The notes: generated by a model not told the origin, from the sequence alone. A DNA stretch of 64,000 nucleotides from Candidatus Bathyarchaeota archaeon (GCA_963815095.1 CAWFFH010000003.1:736001-800000), one strand, 5' to 3'. Positions 38,329 through 49,783 are shown, counted from the first letter of the stretch. Numbers and translations: made by a program.

Positions 38329-39297
38329 ATGGTAGCATCAGAAGGCTTAACTTTGCAACTAAAAGAGGTCGACAGATTAGAAATAATCAGCCTCGTGGAT
38401 AACTCCGTAGATTTCCTCTCAACGGTAGGTCGCAAAGAAGTTCAATCGTTATGGCAATGGACCAAACCGAGGAATGAACATTCTAAGATGCCCCTTGCCG
38501 AGCATGGTTTCTCGATGTTGGTCAGAGTCTTTAAAGGTGAAAAATCAGAAAGTCTCCTCTTTGACACAGGAGGCAGCGCCAAAGTAATAATCGATAATTC
38601 AAGAATAATGGGGTTAGATCTTAGTGAAGTTGATTTTGTTGTTTTATCTCATGGACACTACGATCACTTTTGCGGGTTGCTGTCAGTTGTCGAAGCGGTA
38701 GGAAAAACGGGTTTGCCCCTGATCGTTCATGAAGATATGTTTAAGGCTCGTGGAACTGCTTCTCGAGATGGCACAATTCGGAAGTACCCAGACTTCCCCG
38801 CTCAAACACAATTAAAATCTACTAAACTCATCTTTACAAAGCAGCCTTTACTAGTTGCCAGCGGGCAGGTCTGTGTAACAGGCGAGATACCGCGAGATAC
38901 AGGTTTTGAGAATGGTCTAATGCGGCATCAGAGCCTCGTTAATGGCTCTTGGCAACCTGACCCCTTAATTGTTGACGACCGCGCTTTGGTTATGAATGTT
39001 AAGCGCAAAGGTTTAGTCATCTTGTCGGGATGTGCTCATGCGGGCATAATAAACACCATCAACTACGCCAAAAAGATCACTGGCATCGACACTGTTTATG
39101 CAGTCATGGGAGGTTTTCATTTGGCAGGACTAGGCTTTGAGGCAAAGATCGCGCCAACCCTTAAAGACCTAGCACGGGTAAATTCAAAGTTGATTGTGCC
39201 ATCACATTGTACCGGCTGGCGAGCCATGGTTGCAATCCGTCAGGAGTTCCCTGACGCTTTCGTATGGAATAGTGTTGGAAACCTGTATCAACTTTAA
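38329..39297 (+). CDS. MBL-fold metallohydrolase (COG1237, methanopterin-synthesis-linked family)
   Basis: AEHGFS, FDTG, SHGHYDH, SGCAHAG, GGFHL and PSHCTG. Confidence 0.85.
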   Translation: MVASEGLTLQLKEVDRLEIISLVDNSVDFLSTVGRKEVQSLWQWTKPRNEHSKMPLAEHGFSMLVRVFKGEKSESLLFDTGGSAKVIIDNSRIMGLDLSEVDFVVLSHGHYDHFCGLLSVVEAVGKTGLPLIVHEDMFKARGTASRDGTIRKYPDFPAQTQLKSTKLIFTKQPLLVASGQVCVTGEIPRDTGFENGLMRHQSLVNGSWQPDPLIVDDRALVMNVKRKGLVILSGCAHAGIINTINYAKKITGIDTVYAVMGGFHLAGLGFEAKIAPTLKDLARVNSKLIVPSHCTGWRAMVAIRQEFPDAFVWNSVGNLYQL

Positions 39298-39377
39298 TAA
39301 ATGAAAAAATTGTGGGTAAAATGTGAAATGTTAGATATATTATGCTCTTTGGATAACGCGTTATTAACTTCGGAGCG

Positions 39378-40451
39378 TTGGATGGCTTGAAAGGTAAAGG
39401 TCCAGTGTTCATTGTTCCCTGGCGGTGTACCTATGCCTGCGACAATAACTGTGTCCACTGTGTCTCAGCCGGGCAAAAAGCTGTTTCAGATGAAATAAAT
39501 TCACAAGATGCCAAAAAAATCGTCGACCAGGTCAGTGATTTTGGAGCCAGTTTCTTTGGTATTACCGGAGGGCAACCATTCTTGCGTAAGGATCTCTTTG
39601 AAGTGCTCGATTACGCTAATAAACTGGGCTTAAACACAAGTATCATAACTGACGGGCGCCTCGTCGACGAGGCGGTCTTCCAAAAAATCGTTAAAAACCA
39701 GACTAAAATCTCCGTAAGCATAGACGGTGCAGAAAAAACTAACGATGTTATCCGCGGCAAAGGCGCCTAGGCGGCTGCAATTTCGGCAATAAAGAGATTT
39801 TCGCATGAAAACCTGATGAACGTTCTCGTCTACACCTTTGCTAACGCTGATAAATTTACCAATGTTAACGAAGCTGACATGCGACATGTTTTGGATTTAG
39901 CCAAAAAGTATGGTGCTCGCTGGGTGGTTTTCCACGGAATGATTCCATACTACAACGACACTGAAAGCCTTAAAGCTGACCCGACCTCCGCCCAGTACGA
40001 GTGGGTATGCAACAAACTCTACGATTTAACAATGGAATACGATGGAAAACCAGGCATAAACGTTTATATTCCCTTTTACGCCCGAGTTGCCAAACAGCGG
40101 GGCATGCCGAATTTCGAAAAATGGTTTAACGGGTTTTTTTTGGGCAGATGTTTCTTCGGCAAATTTATGAGCATCGCTGAAAACGGAGACGCTATCCCCT
40201 GTAGCTACAACGACGCTTACAGAATTGGTAACATCAAAACTAAACCCATCAAAGAAATTTGGGAGGACATGCAGAGCAGTGAGTTCTTCAACAAAGTCAA
40301 GAACAAAGCCAACATTAAAGGCAAGTGTGGGGTCTGTGAGTACAAAGAACTCTGCGGCGGATGCCGCTCGGCGGCGCTGTTCTATACAGGAGACATTTTA
40401 GGGTCCGACCTAAGATGCGGATACATCCCTGAAGCATTACGCAAGAAATAA
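39378..40451 (+). pseudogene. Radical SAM/SPASM protein (NirJ/AhbC-like) with an in-frame TAG
   Basis: CDNNCVHC, GGQP and SIDG; TAG at 39768-39770; the same frame continues to the SPASM motifs C..G, PC and KCGVCEYKELCGGCR. Confidence 0.8.
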
Positions 40452-40586
40452 GGGCTTTTTTTCTGCCTTCTCTTGTTTAGTTATTATTTCGTTGTTCAGT
40501 GAAGTGCACAGTGCGTATTACATTTTTTCCTAAAAGGAAAACATAAATTAGTTCGAGAAAGAAATTATTTTTAGTTTGTGATTTGT

Positions 40587-41366
40587 ATGAAGGTTGCTGT
40601 TTCTGGAAAGGGCGGCGTTGGCAAAACCTTAATTGCTGGAGGTTTAGCTCGCGGTTTTGTTGAGCGTGGCTTAAAAACTATAGCGATTGACGCAGATTCC
40701 TCACCAAACCTTGGTTTAACATTAGGTTTGTCTGCTGAGGAAACCCGCAAAATAGTTCCCATTACCGAAAATAAGCCGCTGGTCGAGTCCAAAACCAGCA
40801 CCGGCTACAATAGTATCTATAATTTAAATTTCACGGTAGACGACATCGTTAGAGACTACTCCATATCCACTCCATTGGGTGCAAACTTGATTGTTATGGG
40901 TACAGTGCAGGCGATGGAAGCCGGTTGCATGTGCGCACCAAACGCCGTAATCCGCGCATTGTTAAGGCACCTGGTTGTTGATCGAAATGAAGCAGTAGTT
41001 TTAGACCTTGAAGCAGGAGTAGAGCACATCGGCAGGGGCACAGCACGACAAGTCGACGCGTTACTAATTGTAGCCGACTCAAATCTAAAATCGCTGGAAA
41101 TTGCCAAACATATTCACGACTTAGCCTCAAAAGCAGGAATGAAACAACTCTACCTCATCGGAAATCGAGTAATGAACAACACACAAAAAGAAGCCATTCA
41201 AAGCTTCGCTGACAAAAACGGGCTTACTTTACTTGCTTTTGTGCCTTTCGACCAGAAGGTTATCGAAGCAGATATGCTTGGTATAACACCGTTAAAGAAC
41301 AAGGAAATCGAGGCAGTTAAGACCATAGACAATATATGCGAGCTTTTAATTAAGAAAACTACATAG
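40587..41366 (+). CDS. cooC: CooC-type Ni-insertion ATPase
   Basis: SGKGGVGKT, DADSSPNL, GCMC and DLEAGVEHIGRG. Confidence 0.9.
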   Translation: MKVAVSGKGGVGKTLIAGGLARGFVERGLKTIAIDADSSPNLGLTLGLSAEETRKIVPITENKPLVESKTSTGYNSIYNLNFTVDDIVRDYSISTPLGANLIVMGTVQAMEAGCMCAPNAVIRALLRHLVVDRNEAVVLDLEAGVEHIGRGTARQVDALLIVADSNLKSLEIAKHIHDLASKAGMKQLYLIGNRVMNNTQKEAIQSFADKNGLTLLAFVPFDQKVIEADMLGITPLKNKEIEAVKTIDNICELLIKKTT

Positions 41367-41385
41367 TACTTTGAGGTTTATTTGT

Positions 41386-42150
41386 ATGAAAACTTTAGTT
41401 ACTGTTGGTCGTGGTGGAACAGGAAAATCCAGCTTTACTGCTTTAATGGGAAAATGTTTTGTTGAAGCGGGTGTGTCGCCAATTCTTTTGGTTGACGCTG
41501 ATCCAGATCAGAATCTAGCTGAAATGTTAGGTGTTGACCTTAAAGAATCAGGAAAATCGACCATTGCAGACCTCATAGTGAGCACTTTTATCGAGAGCGG
41601 CGGCACAACAGTGGGTATTCCGCCAACGCAGCGTATTGAAAGTAGCATTTGGGAAAAGGGGCTTTACGAAAGTAAAAGTTTTGATTTTATGGCAGTCGGC
41701 ACCAAATGGGTTGAAGGCTGCTACTGCATGCCAAACAGCGCATTAAAAGGTGCTCTTGAAGCGTTAACAAAAAACTACAAGTACGTGCTTGTGGATTCTC
41801 CCGCCGGACTCGAAAACCTCAATAGGCGAATAACATCGGAAGTCAACGACATATTCGACATTCTTGACCATTCCAAAAAGTCTCAAGATCATGTCAGACG
41901 AGCTTACAAAATAGCTAAAGAAGTTGACATGAAATTCGAAAACTTTTACATAGTAGGCGGTTATCGTTTCCCCGCAGAACTTGGCAAACAGGCTGAAGCT
42001 GACTTGAAATTCAAATATTTAGGTAAAATCAGCCCCGATGACCAATTAGACGAGTTCGTTTTGGATGGAAAGAACCTTTTGGAGCTTCCAAAGGACAACA
42101 AAGCATATCTTTCAGTGCAGAAAATCCTCCAATCTTTGGGTCACTTATAA
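41386..42150 (+). CDS. cooC: CooC/AcsF-type Ni-insertion ATPase (paralog)
   Basis: GRGGTGKS, DADPDQNL, EGCYC and DSPAGLENLNR. Confidence 0.88.
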   Translation: MKTLVTVGRGGTGKSSFTALMGKCFVEAGVSPILLVDADPDQNLAEMLGVDLKESGKSTIADLIVSTFIESGGTTVGIPPTQRIESSIWEKGLYESKSFDFMAVGTKWVEGCYCMPNSALKGALEALTKNYKYVLVDSPAGLENLNRRITSEVNDIFDILDHSKKSQDHVRRAYKIAKEVDMKFENFYIVGGYRFPAELGKQAEADLKFKYLGKISPDDQLDEFVLDGKNLLELPKDNKAYLSVQKILQSLGHL

Positions 42151-42285
42151 CCCCAAGACTTTTACACAATTTTTCGGAAACCTTGCATATCTATGACTGT
42201 ACCGTGACTTTTGCGAAAGAAATTTGGAAAGGTTTAAAAAGTCTGTAATGCAGCATAGACATAAACCTTTACAGAGGTTTCCAAA

Positions 42286-44635
42286 TTGACAACTAAAAAC
42301 GTCCATGTAAAAATAGACGAAATGAAGACCAATAGTGGTCTCATTAAGAATCTTGAATTATCCATAGGCAAAGTTATCAATGATAACTACAATGAGCCTA
42401 TGGGTCCAACCCCAATGCCCTCCTTGACTGCCCTCCGGGATTGGGACATGAAGCTTCTCACCAAGTACAAGCCCTTCTACATGCCCGATTGCGATTTATG
42501 CTGTCTATGTACTTTTGGCAAATGCGATTTGACAGCTGGAAAACGCGGCGCATGCGGTTTAGACATTGCAACCCAATCTTCTCGAATTGTGATGTTAGCT
42601 TGTGCGATCGGAGCAGCCTGCCACACAGCTCACTCACGGCATCTGCTTCACTCCTTAATTGAAAAGTACGGTCGAAGGTTCCCCTTAAACGTCGGTGGAT
42701 TAAACATAAAAGTTGAAGCACCCGTCAGCCGCCTCGTGACCGGCATAAAACCTGAAACCCTCGGCGACTTAGACGATATTTTAACTTACACCGAAGAGCA
42801 AATTACCCAAGTCCTCGCAGTCGGCCACACCGGTCAAGAAGGCAACAACTTAGACTTCGAATCAAAAGCAATGCACGTGGGCATGATTGACCATGTAGGC
42901 ATGGAAGTCGGCGACATCGCCCAAATCTCTGCGTTAGGCTTCCCAAAAGCTGACCCCGAAGCGCCGCTCGTAAAACTTGGCATCTCAAGCGTCGATCGAA
43001 CCAAACCAGTTGTCATGTGCATCGGCCACAACGTTATGCCCTCAGTCGGAATTATCGATTACGCAAAGGACAACAAAGTCGACGACAAAATTGAGATTGT
43101 AGGCTTATGCTGTACTGCTCTTGATACAACTCGATACTACAACCGTGCAAAAATAGTTGGTCCAATAAGCTGGGAGTTAAGGTTCATGCGCGCGGGCTTA
43201 GCAGACGTAGTCGTACTCGACGAACAATGTATCCGAACCGATATTTCTGATGAAGCCGCCCAAGTTAACACACCTGTCATTGCGGCATCAGAAAAGAATT
43301 GTGTGGGTTTCAAGAATCGAACTAATGACCCAGCAGACGAAATCGTCGCTGATCTCGTTAGCGGCAAAGTCAAAGGTGTACTAATTCTCGACGCAGAAAA
43401 AGTCGGCGAAGTCGCGGTCCGAGTAGCACAAAAAGTCGCTCCACTACGTAAGAGAAAGAATGTTCTTCCAAGCTTAGAGGAACTTATACAAATCGCAAAG
43501 ACTTGCACACAATGCAAAAGTTGCCAACGCAACTGCCCACAAGACTACGCAATTCCAGCAGCCATGAAAGCAGCAGCCCAAGGCGACATAACTCTACTAA
43601 CTGACCTCTACGAGACCTGTATTGGATGCGGAAGATGCGAAGAAGCATGCCCACAAAAAATCATGATCCACAGCCTCATCATTAAAGCAGGTGAAAAATC
43701 AATGGAATGCGAAGACAACCTATGCCGCGTAGGCAGAGGCGCAGTCTCAGACGTTGAAATCCGAAACGTCGGCAGTCCAATCGTCCTCGGAGAAATCCCC
43801 GGTATCGTCGCAGTCGTCGGATGCAGTAACTATCCAAAAGGCGGTAAAGATGTTTATGACATATGCAGAGAATTCGCACTCAGACGGTACATAGTCGTAC
43901 TCTCAGGGTGCTCAGCCATGTCCGCAGGAAGCTACCGCAACAGCGAAGGCAAAACCCTCTACGAAGAATTCCCAGGCGGATTCGAAGCAGGCGGAGTTCT
44001 CAACGTCGGCTCATGCGTCGCCAACAGCCACATCGCAGGTGCAGCAATTAAAGTAGCAAACATCTTCGCAAAACGCCCACTAAGAGGCAACTACGAAGAA
44101 ATCGCAGATTACATCCACAACCGCTTAGGCGCAGTCGGCTTAGCTTGGGGTGCATACTCACAGAAAGCCGCATCAATCGCATCAGGATTCTGGCGCTTAG
44201 GTGTACCAGTCCTCGTCGGTCCACATGGTGTCAAATACAGACGTATGCTTCTTGGTCAGAAAAGAAGACCCATCAAACTGGGAAGTTCTCGATGCGCGCA
44301 CAGGAAACATGGTAAACGTCGGACCTGCACCAGAACACCTCTTCAACATTGCAGAAACCAAAGAGGAATGTATGGTCGCAATCGCAAAACTCTGCATCAG
44401 ACCCAACGACACATGGAAAGGACGCAGCATAAAACTAAGCCACTACGTTGACCTAAGCAAACGATACCTCGGAGTCATGCCAAACGACCTACACCTGTAC
44501 GTAAGAACAATGGCTGATGTCCCAATGACCATGAAAGAGGAATTCGAGAAAATCCTCGCAGAGCACAACTGGAAAGAAACAGTAATTCCGGACCCAACCT
44601 TGCTTCCAAGAATGGTTCGAAAGATGAAGGAGTAA
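42286..44635 (+). CDS. cdhA: CO dehydrogenase/acetyl-CoA synthase alpha subunit (apparent +1 frameshift at about 44257)
   Basis: CDLCCLCTFGKC, GLCCT, CxxCxxC pairs and GSCVANSH. The C-terminus (PAPEHL, RPND, PDPTLL) continues in ORF 44201-44635 once one base of GGT-C-AGA is removed. Confidence 0.93.
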
Positions 44636-44650
44636 ACGGAGGAAAAAACA

Positions 44651-45193
44651 ATGTCCTGTGAACCATGGCAATGTGCAGAAATAGCTTCAACTAAAAAAGC
44701 AAACCCAATACAAAAACCCGAGATAGCAGTAGCAATGATCAAAAAAGCCCAACGCCCCCTTCTTATTGTGGGAAGCAACGCCACAGAAAGGTACATGGAA
44801 GGCAAACAACTAATAGAATACCTAATCGACTTCGCAAACGCCTCCAAAGTACCAGTCGTCGCAACCGCCCACATGGTTGGCGAATTCATAAAACGAGGAT
44901 ACCAACCAGCGGCATTCATGAACGCGATGGAAATCGGACAGCGTGTAGTTGACCCAGAATGGATGGGACTCGACGGCAAAGGACACCCAGACCTAGTCAT
45001 TTTGGTTGGGTTACCCTACTATGTTGAATCACTGATGCTCTCAGGTATGAAGCATTTTGCACCCAACCAAAAAACCATGACTATCGACAACCTCTTCCAC
45101 GTCCACGCAAGCTGGTCTTTCCCAAACGCACCCCTCGAAGAGTGGGCTGCAAATCTCAAAGTAATGACCTCAAAATTTAATGGAGGAAATTAA
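44651..45193 (+). CDS. cdhB: CODH/ACS epsilon subunit
   Basis: IKKAQRPLLIVG, WMGLDGKG, LSGMKHF and ASWSFPN. Confidence 0.92.
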   Translation: MSCEPWQCAEIASTKKANPIQKPEIAVAMIKKAQRPLLIVGSNATERYMEGKQLIEYLIDFANASKVPVVATAHMVGEFIKRGYQPAAFMNAMEIGQRVVDPEWMGLDGKGHPDLVILVGLPYYVESLMLSGMKHFAPNQKTMTIDNLFHVHASWSFPNAPLEEWAANLKVMTSKFNGGN

Positions 45194-45196
45194 AAA

Positions 45197-46618
45197 ATGT
45201 CTATGTTTAAAGATATACCTGTTGAAGTTGGCGTAATTTACGAAGGAGAACGTATCCGAAGAAACGACATGCAAGTAGAACTCGGCGGACCCACAGTAAA
45301 ACAGAAATTTGAACTCGCAAAAGTAAAACCCATGAATGACATCGAAGATGGAAAAATTACTATCCTCGGTCCTGACCTAAAAGACATGAAAGAAGGCGGC
45401 GCATACCCATTCGGCATCCTTGTCGAAGCAGCAGGCGCAAAACTCGATGCAGGTCTTGAAGGTGTCATTGAAAGACGCATTCACGGCTACCTAAATTACA
45501 TCGAAGGATTTATGCACCTAAATCAACGCTACGACATCTGGATACGCATAGGCAAAAAATCCTTCCAAAAAGGCTTAACCAGCTTTGATGCAATCGGCAA
45601 AGTTCTCTACAGACTCTTCAAGAGCGAACTTCCAATCATCGAGAAAGTACAAATTACCTTCATAACTGACCCAGCAAAACTAGACGAAATGACTTCTCAA
45701 GCGATGGAAGCATACGAGTCACGCGACGCAAAAGCCAGAGGCCTAAAAGACAGCGAAGTAGACACATTCTACGGATGCGCTCTCTGCCAATCATTCGCAC
45801 CAAGCCACGTCTGTGTCATTACACCACAAAGATACAGCAACTGCGGTGCAATCAGCTGGTTTGACGGAAAAGCCTCAGCAAGCATCGATCCTAAAGGTCC
45901 AGTCTTCGCAATTCCAAGAGGCGAAATGATCAACGAAGAGAAAGGTGAATTCAGTGGCGTCAATGAAGCAGCTAAGAAACGCAGCATGGGCGAAGTTAAC
46001 CAAGTTTGGCTATACACAGCTTTTGATCACCCACACACTTCATGCGGATGTTTCGAAGCAGTAACCTTCTACATCCCAGAAGTCGACGGATTAGGGGTCG
46101 TTCAAAGAAACTTCAAAGGCGCAGCCGTAAACGGCTTACCCTTTAGCACCTTGGCAGACTCAGCGGCAGGCGGACGACAAATAGACGGGTTCCATGGAAT
46201 GTCCATCGAATACATGCGAAGCGCTAAATTCTTTGCAGCAGACGGTGGATGGAACCGTATTGTTTGGGTACCTAAAGAAGTCAAAGAAAAAGTAAAGGAC
46301 TTCATACCTAAAGATGTCGTTGACAAAATTGCAACAGAAGATGATGCCAAGAATGTTGATGAGCTTAAAGCTTTCCTAAAAGCTAAGAACCACCCAGTCG
46401 TAGCAAGATGGGCAGCCCAAGAAGCTCCAGCAGCAGAAGCACAAGCAATGACCATTAACGAAGAAGCCGCAGGCACCATGATGCCAGTCGCTACAGCCGG
46501 ATCACTGCCCATAATGGCAGGCGGATTTAAGATAATCCTTAAGGACGCAAAGATCTACGCAAACAAAGTCATCATAACGACCGTAAAAGACAGCAAAGAT
46601 AACAAAGACAAACGGTGA
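45197..46618 (+). CDS. cdhC: CODH/ACS beta subunit (acetyl-CoA synthase)
   Basis: YEGERIR, HLNQR, CALCQSFAPSHVC and PHTSCGCFE. Confidence 0.96.
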   Translation: MSMFKDIPVEVGVIYEGERIRRNDMQVELGGPTVKQKFELAKVKPMNDIEDGKITILGPDLKDMKEGGAYPFGILVEAAGAKLDAGLEGVIERRIHGYLNYIEGFMHLNQRYDIWIRIGKKSFQKGLTSFDAIGKVLYRLFKSELPIIEKVQITFITDPAKLDEMTSQAMEAYESRDAKARGLKDSEVDTFYGCALCQSFAPSHVCVITPQRYSNCGAISWFDGKASASIDPKGPVFAIPRGEMINEEKGEFSGVNEAAKKRSMGEVNQVWLYTAFDHPHTSCGCFEAVTFYIPEVDGLGVVQRNFKGAAVNGLPFSTLADSAAGGRQIDGFHGMSIEYMRSAKFFAADGGWNRIVWVPKEVKEKVKDFIPKDVVDKIATEDDAKNVDELKAFLKAKNHPVVARWAAQEAPAAEAQAMTINEEAAGTMMPVATAGSLPIMAGGFKIILKDAKIYANKVIITTVKDSKDNKDKR

Positions 46619-46624
46619 TTCTTC

Positions 46625-47851
46625 TTGACTCACCACGACACAGACAAAAAAAAGGACAATGAAGGACTACTGCTGAGCGACGAATTAATGGAAGCCCTTG
46701 CAAAATTCCAGACAATCGAACTGGAAGACTTCCAGATGGACGTCAAAGACCTCGAAATCCTCTTCGAAGCAGGCGCAGCAGGGCAATTAATGCCCAAATT
46801 AAAGTTGCCAGCAGCAATAGCTGGTGGAAAACCACTCAGTATGCTCCAAGTGCCTTTCCTGCCACCGATCGAAAAATACCCAAACAAAATCTCAACAGTC
46901 AAACTAGGCGCAACAAAAAGCGAAGGCGGCACACGCGGCAGATCTCTTACAATCGGCGGAGAAGTTTCTCCTGCCTTCTACACTTTTGAAAACCCGATGC
47001 CCCACAAACCAGTTATTACTCTAGACGTTTTCGACATGGAAGTCCCCCTGTCAAAGGCAGTGAAGATGCACGTTAAAGACGTCGTCGGCGACCCCGCAGC
47101 TTGGGCAAAACTTGCAGTCGAAAAATTTGGCGCAGACATGGTCACTATGCACTTAATCAGCGTTGACCCACTTCTCAAAGATGCAACTCCCAAAGAAGCA
47201 TGCAAAACTATCGAAAAAGTTCTGCAAGCCGTAGACGTACCACTCGTCATCGGCGGATGTGGGGACCCAGTTAAAGACACAGCAGTATTCGAAGAAGTTT
47301 GTGCTCAATTCCCAGGCGAACGCTTCCTAATAAGCTCCGTTACGCGGGATATGGACGTAGAAAAATGCGCAAAATTCATCAAAAAAGCTGGTCACGCAAT
47401 CCTCTCATTCACACCAATGGATCTTAACTTGGCTCGCGAACTCAACAGACGCCTCTACGACTATGTAGCCAGAGAAGACATTGTTATGGACTTAACTACC
47501 GCGGCCTTAGGCTACGGTTTAGATTATGCATTCACAAACATGGAACGCGCACGAATGAGCGGCTTAATGGGCGACGCAGAACTTGCACACCCAATGTCCT
47601 CGGGAACAACTAACGCTTGGGCAGCAAGAGAAGCATGGCTCAAAATGGGCGCTGAATGGGAACCACGCGAACTCAGAGGGCCACTTTGGGAAGTAACAAC
47701 AGCCATAACACTGTTGCTCGCAGGCGTAGACCTATTCATGATGATGCATCCAGCAGCAGTAAAAACACTAAAAGACGTTACAAACTACCTATCAAGCGCC
47801 AAAAAAGCAGACCCATCAAAATACGCAAACTGGGTCACAGTAAAAGCTTAA
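46625..47851 (+). CDS. cdhD: CODH/ACS delta subunit (CFeSP small)
   Basis: GGTR..IGGE, DLTTAALGYGLDY, NAWAAREAW and MMMHP. Confidence 0.95.
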   Translation: MTHHDTDKKKDNEGLLLSDELMEALAKFQTIELEDFQMDVKDLEILFEAGAAGQLMPKLKLPAAIAGGKPLSMLQVPFLPPIEKYPNKISTVKLGATKSEGGTRGRSLTIGGEVSPAFYTFENPMPHKPVITLDVFDMEVPLSKAVKMHVKDVVGDPAAWAKLAVEKFGADMVTMHLISVDPLLKDATPKEACKTIEKVLQAVDVPLVIGGCGDPVKDTAVFEEVCAQFPGERFLISSVTRDMDVEKCAKFIKKAGHAILSFTPMDLNLARELNRRLYDYVAREDIVMDLTTAALGYGLDYAFTNMERARMSGLMGDAELAHPMSSGTTNAWAAREAWLKMGAEWEPRELRGPLWEVTTAITLLLAGVDLFMMMHPAAVKTLKDVTNYLSSAKKADPSKYANWVTVKA

Positions 47852-47857
47852 GGAGAC

Positions 47858-49291
47858 ATGACTAATATGGCAGAAAAGAAAAAAGGCGGATTAAAAGAAC
47901 TAAGCCCCATAACCATTTACAAGAGCTTGCCAAAAATTAACTGCAAAGAATGCGGCGTCGACAACTGCATGGCATTCGCCACCAAGATTGTCAACCGAGA
48001 AGTTGAACTTGACAGTTGCAAACCACTCCTCAAACCAGAAAATGCAAAATCTTACGCTATACTGAAAGACCTCCTAAAACCAGCAGTTAAAGAAGTCATC
48101 GTTGGCGTCGGAGACAAAGCTAAGAAAATCGGCGGCAAACTAGTCATGTACCGCCACGAATTCACATACAAGAACCCAACAGCCATATCAATCGACGTAA
48201 CCGACGATATGAGCGACAGCGAAATCGTTACACGAGTGCAAAAAACAGATAACTTTACCTTCGAATACATCGGCAACACCCTAAAGCTCGACATGATAGC
48301 TGTTCGGTGCACTTCTGGAGATGCTGACAAATTCAAGGCATGCGTTAAAAAAGTATCAGAAACCACAAAGTTACCAATGATATTATGCACCATGAGCCCT
48401 GCGATAGCTGAAGCAGGTTTAATGGCAGCACCAAAAGCAAGACCACTCCTCTACGCAGCAAATGCAACCAACTGGAAAGACATGGCAGAACTAGCACTAA
48501 TGTACAATTGCCCCATAGTCGCATCCGCACCAAACGACCTAACAACACTTGTTTCACTCGCAAAAACCCTAATGGCTTACGGAGTAACCGACATAGTCTT
48601 AGACCCCGGAACCTTCATAAACGAAGGCTTACCTGACACAATCAACAACTTTACCATGCTCCGCAGAGCAGCAACAAAAGGCGGCGAAGAACTCGCAGGC
48701 TTACCCCTACTCGGCGTACCAATGGTTGCATGGGTAGACAAGGGAGACACAGCAGACGACCTCATAAAATGGCGCGAAGCATATGTCGCATCCATGCTCG
48801 TAGTTCGTTATGCAGATGTACTAATCATGCACGGCAACGACGGATGGGCACTACTACCAACAACCGTACTAAGACAAAACATTTACACTGACCCACGTAA
48901 ACCAGTGGCAGTAGCAGCAGGCTTGAAAGTCTACGGCACACCCGACGAGAACTCACCAGTCCTCTTCACATCAAACTTCGCTTTAACCTACTACACAGTC
49001 GCCTCAGACATCGAGAGCAACAAACTCAACGCCTACCTGATCGTCGTTGACACAGAAGGCTCAGCAATCGACAGTGGAGTTGCAGGACGCAAACTAACCG
49101 CGGAACGAGTCGCAGACGCAATCAAAGCCTCAGGCATAGAAAAGAAAGTCAAACACCGCAAAATCATCAGCCCAGGCAAAGCATCACGAATCAGCGGCGA
49201 AATCGAAGAACTCAGCGGCTGGAAAGTCCAAGTTGGACCACGCGACAGCAGTGAGATACCCAAGTATCTCATAGAGAAATGGCAACCATAA
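47858..49291 (+). CDS. cdhE: CODH/ACS gamma subunit (CFeSP large)
   Basis: LPKINCKECG..CMAFA, RQNIYTDP, SNFALTY and VGPRD. Confidence 0.96.
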   Translation: MTNMAEKKKGGLKELSPITIYKSLPKINCKECGVDNCMAFATKIVNREVELDSCKPLLKPENAKSYAILKDLLKPAVKEVIVGVGDKAKKIGGKLVMYRHEFTYKNPTAISIDVTDDMSDSEIVTRVQKTDNFTFEYIGNTLKLDMIAVRCTSGDADKFKACVKKVSETTKLPMILCTMSPAIAEAGLMAAPKARPLLYAANATNWKDMAELALMYNCPIVASAPNDLTTLVSLAKTLMAYGVTDIVLDPGTFINEGLPDTINNFTMLRRAATKGGEELAGLPLLGVPMVAWVDKGDTADDLIKWREAYVASMLVVRYADVLIMHGNDGWALLPTTVLRQNIYTDPRKPVAVAAGLKVYGTPDENSPVLFTSNFALTYYTVASDIESNKLNAYLIVVDTEGSAIDSGVAGRKLTAERVADAIKASGIEKKVKHRKIISPGKASRISGEIEELSGWKVQVGPRDSSEIPKYLIEKWQP

Positions 49292-49295
49292 GCCA

Positions 49296-49327
49296 TCCCC
49301 TTCTTATTTTATTTTTAATTTTTTGTT
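49296..49327 (+). terminator. Oligo-T terminator of the cdh operon
   Basis: CCCCTTCTTATTTTATTTTTAATTTTTTGTT directly after cdhE. Confidence 0.55.
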
Positions 49328-49381
49328 AGCCTAAAGAAATTCTTTTATAATCCGCCCAATTTCTAGAAATTGGTGATTTTT

Positions 49382-49783
49382 GTGGATCATACAATTGTGC
49401 ATTTTGAAATTCCAGCCAATGACATCGAAAAACTAAAGAAATTTTATATGGATTTGTTTGGTTGGACGATGAATAAGTATCCTGGACCTACTGTCTACTA
49501 CCTTGTGGGAACGGTTCCTGTGGATGAGAAGACGATGATGCCTATTCGACCCGGTGTTAACGGCGGACTATATGAGAAAAAGGATGCTTCGATGCCAGAG
49601 ATGGCTAAGCCGATAAATTACATATCTGTAGAATCGGTTGAGGAATACAGCAAGAAGGTGGAAACGTTAGGCGGCAAAATAGTCCAGCAGAAGATGGAGA
49701 TTTCGGGCATAGGATGGTGGGCACTGGCGCTTGACCCTGATGGTAATGCTTTTGGGATGCTGGAGTACTTGCAAAAACCATAA
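49382..49783 (+). CDS. VOC/glyoxalase family protein
   Basis: VHFEIPA.D..FY.DLFGW, NGGL and DPDGN.FG. Confidence 0.88.
   Translation: MDHTIVHFEIPANDIEKLKKFYMDLFGWTMNKYPGPTVYYLVGTVPVDEKTMMPIRPGVNGGLYEKKDASMPEMAKPINYISVESVEEYSKKVETLGGKIVQQKMEISGIGWWALALDPDGNAFGMLEYLQKP

Noticed and set aside
39768-39770. Genome-wide TAG recoding (pyrrolysine or other)
   Set aside because: copA, the P3A ATPase, trxA and cooC end at TAG at their expected C-termini, and readthrough of cooC would run into the next gene. No pyl genes are in the window.
44240-44280. Programmed ribosomal frameshift in cdhA (and purM)
   Set aside because: No convincing slippery heptamer or stimulatory structure at the shift points; a single-base consensus artefact explains both.
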